Source of the DNA: Chiloscyllium plagiosum
Lineage: Eukaryota
DNA length: 64,000 nt
Assembly: GCF_004010195.1 (NCBI RefSeq)
Contig: NC_057718.1
Coordinates: 19,668,104 to 19,732,103, forward strand
Reading direction: 5' to 3'
This document shows, in pieces, positions 50,157-61,988 of this stretch (positions are counted from its first letter, which is position 1; every line of letters starts with the position of its first letter). The position numbers and the translations under genes are program-made. Below the pieces are notes generated by a model that was not told the DNA's origin, did no database searches, and saw only the letters and a list, made by a program, of their open reading frames with translations.

Positions 50157-51668
50157 TGAAAATGGGGGAGATACTAAACGAATATTTTGCATCAGTATTT
50201 ACTGTGGAAAAGGATATGGAAGATATAGATTGTAGGGAAATAGATGGTGACATCTTGAAAAATGTCCATATTACTGGGGAGCAAGTGCTGGATGTCTTGA
50301 AATGCATAAAAGTGGATAAATCCCCAGGAGCTGATCAGGTGTACTCTAGAATTCAGTGGGAAGCTAGGGAAGTGATTGCTGGGCCTCTTGCTGAGATATT
50401 TGTATCATCGATAGTCACAGGTGAGGTGCAGGAAGACTGGAGGTTGGCTAACGTGGTGCCACTGTTTAAGAAGGGTGATAAGGACAAGCCAGGGAACTAT
50501 ATACCAATGAGCATGACATTGATGGTGGGCAAGTTGTTGGAGGGAATCCTGAGGGACACGATGTACATGTATTTGGAAAGGTAAGGACTGATTAGGGATT
50601 GTCAACATGTGTGAGGGAAATCATGTCTCACAAGCTTGATTGAGTTTTTTGAAGTAACTAAGAGGAATGATGATGGCAGAATGGTAGATGTGAGCTATAT
50701 GGACTTAAGTAAGGCGCTCGACAAGGTTCCCCATGGGAGACTGGTTAGCAAGGTTAGATCTCACGGAATAAAGGGAGAACTCGCCATTTGGATACAGAAC
50801 TGCCTCAAAGGCAGAGGACAGAGGGTGGTGGTGGAAGGTTGTTTTTCAGACTAGAGGCCTGTGACCAGTGGAGTGCCACAAGGATCGGTGCTCTACTTTT
50901 CGTCATTTATGTAAATGATTTAGATGTGAGCATAAGAGGTACAGTTAGTAAGTTTGTAGATGACACCAAAATTGGAGGGGTAGTGGACAGCGAAGATTAC
51001 AACAGGATCTTGATCAAATGGGCCAATGGGCTGATAAGTGGCAGATGGAATTTATTTCAGATAAATGTGAGGTGCTGCACTTTGGGAAAGCAAATCTTAG
51101 CGGGACATATACACTTCATGGTAAGGTCCTAGGGAGTGTTGCTGAATAAACAGATGTTGGAATGCAGGTTAATTGCTCCTTGAAAGTGGAGTCGCAGGTA
51201 GGTAGGATAGTGAAGAAGGCGTTTAGTAGGCTTTCCTTTATTGGCCAGAGTATTGAATTCAGGAATTTGGAGGTCATGCTGCAGCTGTACAGGACATTAG
51301 TTCGGCCACTGATGGAATATTGTGTCCAATTCTGGTCTCCTTCCTATTGGAAAGATGTTGTGAAATTTGAAAAGATTCAGAAAAGATTTACAAGGATGTT
51401 GCCAGGGTGAGGCTGAACAGGCTGGGGCTGTTTTCCCTGGAGCGTCGGAGGCTAAGGGGTGACCTTATAGAGGTTTACAATGGAGGCTGGTACAATTGCA
51501 ACATTTAAGAGGCATTTGGATGGGTATATGAAGGTTTGGAGGGATATGGGCTGGGTGCTGGCAAGTGGGATTAGATTGGGTTGGGATATCTGGTCGGCAT
51601 GGATCTGGTCGGCATGGACGTGTTGGACCGAAAGGTCTGTTTCCATGCTGTACATCTCTATGACTCTA
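50157..51668 (+). mobile_element. CR1 (HER1-like) LINE, 5'-truncated RT to 3' end
   Basis: LNEYFASVFT, KSPGAD, NVVPLFKKG, YMDLSKALDKVPH, SGVPQGS, KFVDDTK and RPLMEYCVQFWSP, with several stops and frameshifts. The tail is ctctatgactcta. Confidence 0.95.
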
Positions 51669-53721
51669 AATTCATCATCTCAGCTATGTGCAGCAAGTTA
51701 ACAGGTTACTTAATTCAGGAATAGCATGACTCCTGGTGCCTGCTCTGAGTAGCTGAGTTACTTGACTGATAAGTTACCCGACTACTTAATCTACCACAGA
51801 CTCAAACTGGTAAAATGGTGCTCACATCTCATCACTTGAGTTTGGTGGTGGTGGTAAGTTGTGAGCAACATTGACAATGGGAGATTGTTTTTATACTAAC
51901 AGAGTCCCGTAAGACATTTCTACTAAAATTGGTATCCATTTTGATATTGTACTTATTTAAATCCCCATCTCATGCCATTCCACTCTTCCAATGCCATAAC
52001 CATATCATCCTCATCCCATCCGTCCAATGCCAAGGTTGTACCTCCATCCCACCATCAACTCAACCTCCAAACGGTTCAACTTGTTTCTAGGCTTGTTCCT
52101 TTCTCTTCTCTGCCAAACATTCCATCCTAAAGAGAACACATTGTTTAATAACGGGGGCAGCAGGTCATGGCCTCATTCTGAGGAACAGTCATTGGACTAG
52201 ATGGAATGCACCCCGAAGAGGGTCACCATGGCATGTGACCATACCCTACAGAGAGGAGGAGGAAGAGAGTCTGCTTCCCCTCTGACCATAGTGGGGAGAG
52301 ATGGCATCTCCTGCTAGTACCCTAGGGAGGATACCTTCTGTCATGGTTTTAAGTAAACAGCTCTCTGAAACAACATTTTTATAAATTTGTCATTCAACAC
52401 ATCCCACTGAAAAGTAATTCCTATCTACTCGTCACCTTACCAGTACCCTTGTCAAAAACAGCATCCAAAACTAAAGGCATTCCATATGGATGATACTCAC
52501 ACATCTCAAAACGTAATTTAATTCAGTATGCAGAATTCTTTTTTGTTCAAAATTTAGTTATCACCCACTTCCCTCAAGTAATGTTATTTACAAATTAGTT
52601 GTACAATCTCATCCAACAACCAACTCTGTCCTGGTCAAAAATGGCACTGATGATGAAACCCATGCATCATCCACCCAACAGAGGCACCCCTATTGTAACA
52701 TCAGATACTGAGTACTGACGACAACAATTGTTGACCCATTTGGTAAGACTTCACCCAGAACAAGGGGAGAAGATCCTAAACCAATGGATGGATTTTTATA
52801 CTGATCAAAGCAGTCCATACAGACAAAAGCCAAAGACAGCACTGTAATATAGATTTTAAAAGAAAAAGAACAAATTAAAAATTACAACACTGTGATCATA
52901 ATGCTGTTTAGATGCTTTCAAAGTCCTGAAATAGCAAATGCAATATTGGAAATGTGATGGACTCAACTGAAAGGAATTTTTATAAGAATTAAATGCAAGA
53001 GTTATTCTTGAGTTTCAAAAGATTACATATTATTAATTCTTTTTTGATTAGAAAGAAAAAGCTGACAGTTTCGACAAGCAATGTGATCTAACTGAACATG
53101 GTAGAAATTTTTCTTAAAGGGGCCCTCATACTAATTATGCCCCAATAGTTGTACTGTTTAATCTAAAGTCTTGTCTATATGTCCATTACTTTAATTTAAA
53201 TTTTGGCTGCTCACCATTTAAACCATTACACTCAAGTCCTTTATCTCAGTGTTAGACTCACAGACTCATGACAGATTGGTCTACAATTTCACTGAAAGGA
53301 GAAGGGATCCAGATTTAGCAAAGTAAATGCCAAGACCTGGATCACTAATGCCAGACTCTCTGAATCCAATCTGAAGTAACTTTAACAGTATGCAATTATG
53401 AGCCAATGGCCATACTGCAAATATGTAGGTTTTATTGGGGAACAGAAAACTGTGAAATATTGAGAGAATACTTTTTTCCCAAGATTTGTGCGTTTCTATC
53501 CTGGGGTTTAATACATTTCTTTTCTGCTTGGATTATTTTTCTCAGCACCATTTAAAATCACCATGACACCTAAGGTTACCCTGACATTCTATTTCTAGGC
53601 CACGGCAAATTTAACTCTCAGCAAACCAACTATTTTACTCTGACTGTGACTGAGTGCAGACAACTCTTATCATTATCATTCTTCAACTGGTTTCTAGAAG
53701 GTACATAACAGTGATGCTGTC

Positions 53722-54095
53722 ATTTATTCTTCATAGGATGTGGGTGCAGCTGACAGCACTTGTTGTCCATCTCCAATTCCCCACAAACTGCTTGCGAGGC
53801 TGTTTCAGAGTCAACTACATCTGCAATCACATGTAGTCCAGATCAAATAAGGACTGCAGCTTTCTTTCCCTAACGGATACGAGTGAATCAGGTGGTTTTT
53901 AAAATGACAATCGCTGGGACACCAGAGTACCTTGTACTTTACCACCTTGAGATAATGGGCTGGTATTTCAGATTTATTAGCTGAATTAAGTTTACACCAG
54001 CTGCCTTGGTGGATTTGAGACCATATCCTCAAAGTGTTAATTTGGGCCTCTGGATTATTTGAATGACATCATCATGATACTAACACCGCTCCCTT
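53722..54095 (-). mobile_element. Second copy of the tRNA-headed SINE of 46737-47120
   Basis: The reverse complement gives the head (aatccagaggccc...ctcaaatcc), core (agggaaagaaagctgcagtccttatttgatctggactacatgtgattgcaga) and tail (cccacatcctatgaagaataaaa). Confidence 0.7.
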
Positions 54096-54939
54096 ACAGT
54101 GTGTCACACACTTACTTTACCTGTTTGAAATCTCACTCCCTGATTTTTCCCATTTCCTGTTTTTTGAGGAATATCTAACTTCCTCATGGAACCTCCTCCT
54201 TAGTCGACTCATTCAAAATACAAGGTGCTTATTTACGGAAAGGTTAATGCAGTTCCAGACATTAGGAGTCCAGTGCAATTTAACGCATTCTACAAATTCA
54301 TAATAACTGTGCCCAAAATATAAGTTTATTAGACATCACTGTTTTGCAACAGACAGAAAATGTGCATATCCTGAAATCTTTGAGGGACTTTAGCACACAT
54401 GGAAAATAAATACTTTGTGCATGCTTTCTTCATCTGAACAACCACAATTTCCACAGACCATACATGCTGTTAGAGTGAATTGCTCCTGGGACCTCTTCGC
54501 TGTTTCCAGATTGTAGTGTCTACTACATGATACTCACAAGCAAAGCCAGGCAACACCAATTTCCACATAGAAAAACCATCATGTCTTTTAATTAGGTTGG
54601 CATACTAAAGGATAGATACACCAGCATTTTTGGGCATTAATTAAAGATGTCTGAGGACCATGAACATGTGACAGTGTACTATTTTGGTTCTGCAGTTTCT
54701 GAACAAGGCCATAATTGGAAACCTAATCTTGGAATACTCTACTTTGGATTTAGAACCTTCAGATAATGGCTGTAATGGAATTTCATGTCTGGGACATATT
54801 TCCATTTTTCAAGACTCTAAAGGATTAGGACTGACATTTTGTAAAGGATTGATTGTAAAATATATTACAGCAGTGGATATAAATACCCTGCAATTTGAAT
54901 TTTTTTAAGCATTCATTTCTCATTCAAATTAGATAAGTT

Positions 54940-55655
54940 ATCAATATGGGCAAAACACTCGCACAAAATCCTCAATGGACCCACTCTCCTAAATTAACTT
55001 TCAATATGCATAGAGAAGTTCACTGAAAATGTGGTGGAAAAGGAAATTGCTGCACTCAAGAACAACAAATCTCCCAGTAGAGGGAGGCGGAAGTGGGTAC
55101 TGCAGATGCTGGAGATTAGAGTCAAGATAAGAGTGGTGCTGGAAAAGCACAGCAGGCACACATTCATTCCTGATGAAGGGCTTTTGCCCAAAACATCAAT
55201 TTTCCTGCTCCTCGGATGCTGCCTGACCTGCTGTGCTTTTCCAGCACCACTCTAATCTTGACTCCCAGTAGAGGTAATGTCACTGCAGAAATATTCAAGG
55301 CAGGTGGAGAAGCAACTATCTGTGGTTATGTAAACTATGTACCCAGGTTTGGAACAATGACATTAGTTCACAATTCTGGAAATATGGATCAATCTTCAGA
55401 AAAGACAAGCTCATGGTTTGAAAAAAGAAATTAAACGGAGTCTCACATCTGTCAATACCAGATAGTCTACTACCAAATGATCCTTAACCATAGTTAAGGC
55501 ATTGTGGATGGTGAAGTTCAACTACACCAGCTAGTCGTCAGTTCAAAATGCACTTGCGCCAGCAGATTTTTACACTATGGCCAATTGTTAAGAACTGCCA
55601 TGAGCATCAACCTCCACTTGCCCCAGCCATCAGTTTTACTGATTTAAGAAAGGCT
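54940..55655 (+). mobile_element. RTE-clade LINE RT fragment
   Basis: EIAALKNNKSP[insert]..NVTAEIFKAGGE and QIFTLWPIVKNCHEHQPPL..SFTDLRKA, matching the RTE motifs KSPGxD.ITAE.LKAGG and DQIFTLR...FIDFRKA. Confidence 0.7.
55084..55261 (+). mobile_element. Penelope pLTR-derived mini-element with inverted ends
   Basis: 13-bp TSD ctcccagtagagg (55071-55083 / 55262-55274). The hammerhead motif is decayed (GAAA>AAAA). Confidence 0.85.
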
Positions 55656-58600
55656 GGAGAACCTAAACAGCCGAAAAGAATCTCATTTTGCTGTTGCTGG
55701 TAGAACTCAGGAGAGAGTGGGAGACTCGCCAAGCAAGCAGCATGACAAGCAAACCGATATGGGCTTGCTTGCAACCTTCCATGCCTGATCATGGGGGCCT
55801 GCTGAGAGCTACCATCCTGCATCCACACGGCTAACTGGCTCCCTTTCTCTTTCTGCTTTATAAAAATGACTTTACAAGTGCAGCAGTCTGGAATGGCCAG
55901 GAATTCGCAGTAATGGTGACAAATGCCACAAGTTAGATTAATGTGCTTCCTGAAGTGATGCCACAGGTCCAAAGAAGATTGACAGCTTTATGATGTCAAA
56001 CAAGCTTTTTTTTCTCTGCAATCTCTTTTGTTAATGGATCAATGCTTATATACTCAAGATAAAATGTTATTAAAGGCTTATAGCTTCTGCTACTCTTATT
56101 TTAAAGGCTTGATTGACTGACACTTTTAGAAGATTGTAGCAACAGCAATTCTATTTTAAAGAAAATTATGAGCGGGAGTTTTTCAAACAGTTTCACATCA
56201 ACTAGTTACTACAGTGTTGATTCTGGAGTGTATACTTAGTAAATGAGCACAGAAGTGTGTGAGTTAGCATGGAGAGTATGAGGAGGCCATGCAGGTGAGT
56301 GAGGGGCATGTATTGACATTGGAGTAGGTAGCCAAGTGAGAAGGGTGAGAACTAGACAGCCAAAATCACAAACATCAGGGATGAATCCACGGAGAGTCGT
56401 GGCTAGCCCTTTCAACAATCCACTTCAACATTTGGCTGACCTGATGCCAATTACCAATTTGTTTGGTGAGGCAGCTGGGCCACGTCCATCTCTCACCTGT
56501 CACCTCCACCCTTCACCTCCTGGTGAAAACTAATCTGAAAGCTCACTTCCTGCTGAGGCACATCTGCCAAGTTGAGAAATTCTCCAAATTGAGCTACTCT
56601 ATTCAGTAGTGACAGTTTGGCCAATTTGATGCACAGATATACTTTGACTAAAAATGCGTCCATGTGATAAATCAAAAGCTTTGTAAATAATATCAACTTC
56701 CGGTAACAACTTTGTTACAGTCATCATTGATTATGATCAGTCCAAATTTATTGTGAAACATGCAGATTTATTCCACCAAACTTAATAGGATTCACTTTAG
56801 CAATGAACCACAAATAATTAAGTCATATCGTCCATCTTAAAGGCCTACACACCTGCACTCAAATAGTAATAGATGGAGGTGATGACAGAGTGGTATTATA
56901 GCTAGACTATTTATCCAAAAACTTAGCCAATAGTTTGGGGACCTGAGTTCAAATCTAGCCACAACAGATGTTGAAATTTTAATTCAATAAAAAATATCCA
57001 GAAATAAGAATTTGTTGATGACCATGAAATTGTTGCCATTGGTCAGAAAAAGAAATCTGCCACCCTCACCTTGTCTGGCCTACATGTGACTCCAGATGTG
57101 TCGACTCTCAACTGCCCTCTTAAACGGTTGAACAAGCCACTCAGTTGTCGGAATCACTACAAAACCTCAACAAAGAAATGAAACCAGACAGGTCACCTGA
57201 CCTTGACCTAGCCACCGGAAAAGGCAAAGGCAGAAACAGCTCTCTAATCCTGTAAAGTCCTCCTTACTAACACCTGGGGGCGAGTGCCAAAATTAGAAGA
57301 ACTGTCTCACAGACTATTCAAGCAATAGTCTGGTAATCATACTTACAGAACCATACCTGACAGACAATATCCCAGACACCACCATCACCACCAGAACCAG
57401 CAGAGGTGGTGGTAGAATGGCATACACTTGGAAGAGAATTGCCCTGGGAGTCTTCAACATTGACTCTGAACTTTATGAATTCTCATGGCTTCAGGTTAAA
57501 CATGAGTAAGGAAACTTCCTGCTGATTACCATGTACTGACCTCTCTTGACTGATGAATCAATATTCTCCTCCATATCGAACAACACTCAAAGGAAGCACT
57601 GTGGGCTTGCAAGGACACAAAAATGTACTCTTGGTGGGAGATTTCAATGTTCACCACTGAAAATGGCTCAGCAGCAGCACTACAGATGGAACTGATCGGG
57701 TGTTAAAGGACATAGCTGCTAGATTGGTCTGTGGCTGTTGGTAAGGGAATCAACAAGAGAGAAATGCATACTTGACTTCATCCTTACCAATTTGCTGACT
57801 GCAGATGCATCTGTCCATGACAGTTCTTGTGGAGACAAAGTCCTGTCTTGACATGGGCAATACCTTTCAACATACTGTGTGACACCATCACTGTGCTAAA
57901 TGAGACAAACTTCAAAGAGATCAACAACTCAAGATTGGGCATTCATAAGGCGTTATGGGCCTTCAACAACAGCAGAATTATACTCCAACACAATCTGCAA
58001 CCTCATGGCTCAGCATATCCCCCACTCTACCATCACCGTTAAGTCAGGGGAACAACCCTGATTCAATGGAGAATGCAGGAGGGCATGCCAGGTGCAGCAC
58101 TAGGCACACCTAAGCAACAAGTGATAGGCAGAGCTAAGCAATCCCTTAACCAATGGATCAGATCTAAATTTTGCAGTCATCCCATACCCAGTTGTGAATG
58201 ATGTGGACAACGAAACAACTCACAGGAGGAGGAGGCTCCACCAATATCTTCATCCTCAATGATGGAAGAACCTAACACAGAAGTGCAAAAGATAAGGCTG
58301 AAGTATTCACAACAACGTTCAGCCAGAAGGGCCAAGTAGATGATCCATTACAGCCTCCTCCAGTGGCCTCCAGTGTTACAGATACCAGTCATCAACAAAT
58401 TCAATTAATTCCAAGTAATATCAAGAAATAGTTGGAGATACTGGATACTGCAAAGGCTATGTGCCCTGACAAGATTCTGACAACAGTACTGACAACTTGC
58501 ACTCCAGAACTTGCTGTTTCCCGAGCTAAACTCTTCCAGTACAGTTGGAACACTGGCGTCTAACCAATAAAATTCAAAATTGCCCAGGCACACACAAAGC

Positions 58601-58919
58601 AGACCAAGTCCAACCCAACCAATTATCACCCCATCAATCTACTGCCGATCATCAGTGAAGTGATGGACAGTGTCATCAACAGTGCAATCAAGCAGCACCT
58701 GCTCAGCAATAACCTGCTCAGTGACGCTAGTGCCTGACCTCATTGCAGCTTTGTTCAAACATGGACAAAAGAGCTGAATTCCAGAGATGAACTGGGAGTG
58801 ACATCCCTTGACATCAAGGCTGAGTGTGCCATCAACGGACCCAGCAAAACTGGAATTAATGGGTATCGGGGGCCAAACTCTCTGCTGGTTGGATCCAGAC
58901 CTGGCACATAGGAAGATAG

Positions 58920-59954
58920 GTAAAAACAATGACTGCAGATGCTGGAAACCAGATTCTGGATTAGTGGTGCTGGAAGAGCACAGCAGTTCAGGCAGCATTC
59001 GAGGAGTGGTGCTGGAAGAGCACAGCAGTATCTGCTCCCAGGTGGACCAGTTCCACGACAGAACACACCAGATGGCCTCCTTCTTTAGAGACTGCAATTT
59101 CCCTTCCCATGTGGTTAAAGATGGCCTCCAACGCATCTCGTCCACATCACACCCCTCCAACCGTAACAAGGACAGAACGCCCCTGGTGCTCACCTTCCAC
59201 CCTACCAACCTTCGCATAAACCAAATCATCCGCCGACATTTCCACCACCTCCAAAAAGACCCCACCACCAGGGATATATTTCCCTCCCCACCTCTTTCCG
59301 CCTTCCGCAAAGACNNNNNNNNNNNNNNNNNNNNNNNNNNNNNNNNNNNNNNNNNNNNNNNNNNNNNNNNNNNNNNNNNNNNNNNNNNNNNNNNNNNNNN
59401 NNNNNNNNNNNNNNNNNNNNNNNNNNNNNNNNNNNNNNNNNNNNNNNNNNNNNNNNNNNNNNNNNNNNNNNNNNNNNNNNNNNNNNNNNNNNNNNNNNNN
59501 NNNNNNNNNNNNNNNNNNNNNNNNNNNNNNNNNNNNNNNNNNNNNNNNNNNNNNNNNNNNNNNNNNNNNNNNNNNNNNNNNNNNNNNNNNNNNNNNNNNN
59601 NNNNNNNNNNNNNNNNNNNNNNNNNNNNNNNNNNNNNNNNNNNNNNNNNNNNNNNNNNNNNNNNNNNNNNNNNNNNNNNNNNNNNNNNNNNNNNNNNNNN
59701 NNNNNNNNNNNNNNNNNNNNNNNNNNNNNNNNNNNNNNNNNNNNNNNNNNNNNNNNNNNNNCCTTCACCCCCTCCCCCACTCACCTATTGTACTCTATGC
59801 TACTTTCTCCCCACCCCCACCCTCCTCTCACTTATCTCTCCACCCTACAGGCTCTCTGTCTGCATTCCTGAAGGGATTTTGCCCGAAACGTCGATTTTAC
59901 TGCCTCTCAGATGCTGCCTGAACTGCTGTGCTCTTCCAGCACCACTAATCCAGA
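58920..59954 (+). mobile_element. Penelope-like (Neptune-type) fragment with an inverted pLTR at the left end; spans the assembly gap
   Basis: ICSQVDQFHDRTHQMASFF...DRTPLVLTFHPTNLRINQIIRRHFHHLQKDPTTRDIFPSPPLSAFRK, with a 14-bp TSD acataggaagatag (58906-58919 / 59955-59968). Confidence 0.88.
59315..59761. other. Assembly gap (447 N)
   Basis: Run of n. Confidence 1.
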
Positions 59955-60557
59955 ACATAGGAAGATAGTTGAGGTTGTTGGAGCTCAGTCACCTCAGCTG
60001 AAGGATATCTCTGCAGGAGTTCCTCAGGGTAGTAGCCTAAGCCCAACTGTCTTTAGCTGCTTCATCAATGACCTTCCTTCCATCACAAGGTTAGAAATGC
60101 AGATGTTCACTGATGATTGCACAATATTCAGCCTCTTTGAGACACTTCAGATACTGAAGCACTCCATGTTCAAATGCAACAAGATTTGGACAATATCCAG
60201 GCTTGGATTGACAAGTGGCAAGTAACATTTTTGCTACAAATTCCATGCAATAACCATCACCAATAAGAGATAATCTAATCACTGTCCCATGACTTTCAAT
60301 GGTGTTACCATCACTGAATACCCCACTATGATTCTCACCATACAAACCCATGACCACTTCTATCTAGAAGGACAAGGGTAGCAGATACGTGGGAACACTA
60401 CTACCTGCAAGTTCTCCTCCAAGCTTCTCACCATCCTGACTTGGAAGTATATTGCCATTCCTTCACTGTAGCTGGGTCAAAAATCCTGGAATTCCTTCCC
60501 TTAGGGCATTGTGGATCAACCTACAGCACATGGGACTATAGCAGTTAAAGAAGGCAG

Positions 60558-61237
60558 GTAAAAACAATGATTGCAGATGCTGAAAACTAGATTCTGGATT
60601 AGTGGTGCTGGAAGAGCACAGCAGTTCAGGCAGCATCCGAGGAGCAGTAAAATCGACGTTTCGGGCAAAAGCCCTTGATCAGGAATAAAGGCAGTGAGCC
60701 TGAAGCGTGGAGAGATAAGCTAGAGGAGGGTGGGGGTGGGGAGAAAGTAGCATAGCGGACAATAGGTGAAGTCCACATTGATGCCCTGGGGTTGAAGTGT
60801 TCCAAGGTGGAAGATGAGGCGTTCTTCCTCCAGGCGTCTGGTGGTGAGGGAGCGGCAGTGAAGGAGGCCCAGGACCTCCATGTCCTCGGCAGAGTGGGAA
60901 GGGGAGTTGAAATGTTGGGCCACAGGGCGGTGTGGTTGATTGGTGCGGGTGTCCCGGAGATGTTCCCTAAAGCGCTGCGCTAGGACGCGTCCAGTCTCCC
61001 AATGTAGAGGATACCACATCGGGAGCAACGGATACAGTAAGTGATATTAGTGGATGTGCAGGTAAAACTTTGATGGATGTGGAAGGCTCCTTTAGGGCCT
61101 TGGATGGAGGTGAGGGAGGGGGTGTGGGCGCATGTTTTGCAGTTCCTGCGGTGGCAGGAGAAGGTGCCAGGATGGGAGGGTGGGTTGTAGGGGGGCGTGG
61201 ACCTGACCAGTTAGTCACGGAGGGAACGGTCTTTGCG
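60558..61237 (-). mobile_element. Penelope-like (Neptune-type) fragment: Cys-rich linker, GIY-YIG endonuclease and pLTR
   Basis: GTFSCHRRNCKTCAH, then YCIRCSRCGILYIG and ETGRVLAQRFREHL...VAQHFN...RRLEEERLIFHLGTLQPQGIN (with frameshifts). 8-bp TSD gaaggcag (60550-60557 / 61238-61245). Confidence 0.92.
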
Positions 61238-61385
61238 GAAGGCAGCTCAGAGACATCTTCTCATGGACAACTTGGGACAGACAATAAAATGCTGGCCAGC
61301 CAGTAATGCCTAGGTCCCAAAAGTGGATAAAAAATTCTTTCCCTTGCAAACCTGTTGAACTGCAACTTAATCTGAAGAGTTTGGA

Positions 61386-61988
61386 TCAGAATAGTGCTGG
61401 AAAAGCACAGCAGGTCAGGCAACATCCGAGAAGCAGAAAAATCGATGTTTCAGGCAAAAGCCCTTCATCAGGAGTAGAGGCAGAAAGCCTCCAGAGTGGA
61501 GCGATAAATGGCGGGGGGAGCTGGGGAGAAGGTAGAAAAGGGCGGCACGGTGGCACAGTGGTTAGCACTGCTGCCTCACAGCGCCCGAGACCCGGGTTCA
61601 ATTCCCGCCTCAGGCGACTGACTGTATGGAGTTTGCACGTTCTCCCCGTGTCTGCGTGGGTTTCCTCCGGGTGCTCCGGTTTCCTCCCACAGTCCAAAGA
61701 TGTGCAGGTTAGGTGAATTGGCCATGCTAAATTGCCTGCAGTGTTAGGTAAGGGGTAAATGTAGGGGTATGGTGGGTTGCGCTTCGGCGGGTCGGTGTGG
61801 ACTTGTTGGTCCGAAGGGCCTGTTTCCACACTGTAAGTAATCTAATTCAAATCTAAAAAAAAATCTAATTCAAAAGAGTACAATAGGTGAATGGGGGTGG
61901 GGATGGAGTTGATAGGTCAGAGAGGAGGGTGGGGGAAGGTAGCAAAGAGTACAATAGGTGAATGGGGGTGGGGATGGAGGTGATAGGT
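61386..61988 (-). mobile_element. Penelope 3' UTR / pLTR fragment interrupted by HE1, with an internal direct repeat of about 45 bp
   Basis: Hammerhead-like motif at about 61441-61475. aagagtacaataggtgaatgggggtggggatggag.tgataggt occurs twice (about 61874 and 61944). Confidence 0.8.
61540..61865 (+). mobile_element. HE1-type SINE, young subfamily
   Basis: Intact A box (tggcacagtgg), B box (ggttcaattcc), CpG-rich core and aatct tail. Confidence 0.92.

Larger units (their letters stand above)
56875..61333 (+). mobile_element. Near full-length decayed CR1-group LINE with a tRNA/SINE-like 5' end and a single APE-RT ORF, interrupted by two Penelope insertions
   Basis: A/B-box-like head at 56875-56965, ATG at 57178, APE motifs (LTNTWG.VPKL.EL, IILTE, VGDFNVHH), RT motifs (NYHPINLLPIISEVM, SAGVPQGSSLSPTVFSCFINDLP, MFTDDC), and the family 3' tail at 61238-61333. 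Confidence 0.85.

Noticed and set aside
52150..52980. Possible RTE 5' region belonging to the fragment at 54940
   Set aside because: Too decayed to read any diagnostic motif.
54110..54200. Strong donor-like site CAG|GTAAAG on the minus strand
   Set aside because: The frame required to join the next exon has stops just upstream, and there is no TTC27 similarity.
58639..59968. 381-, 386- and 184-aa ORFs
   Set aside because: Their lengths are inflated by the N gap, and the content is chimeric LINE/Penelope sequence.
7503..61475. Idea that hammerhead motifs on the TTC27 sense strand are selectively inactivated
   Set aside because: Several antisense copies are also mutated (41450, 55168, 59865), and a sense copy at 40637-40671 keeps its core. 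Many changes are ordinary CpG decay and the sample is small.
61540..61610. tRNA-like sequences at SINE heads (also 5734, 17215, 37571, 56875)
   Set aside because: They lack a complete cloverleaf and continue into SINE bodies, so they are not tRNA genes.
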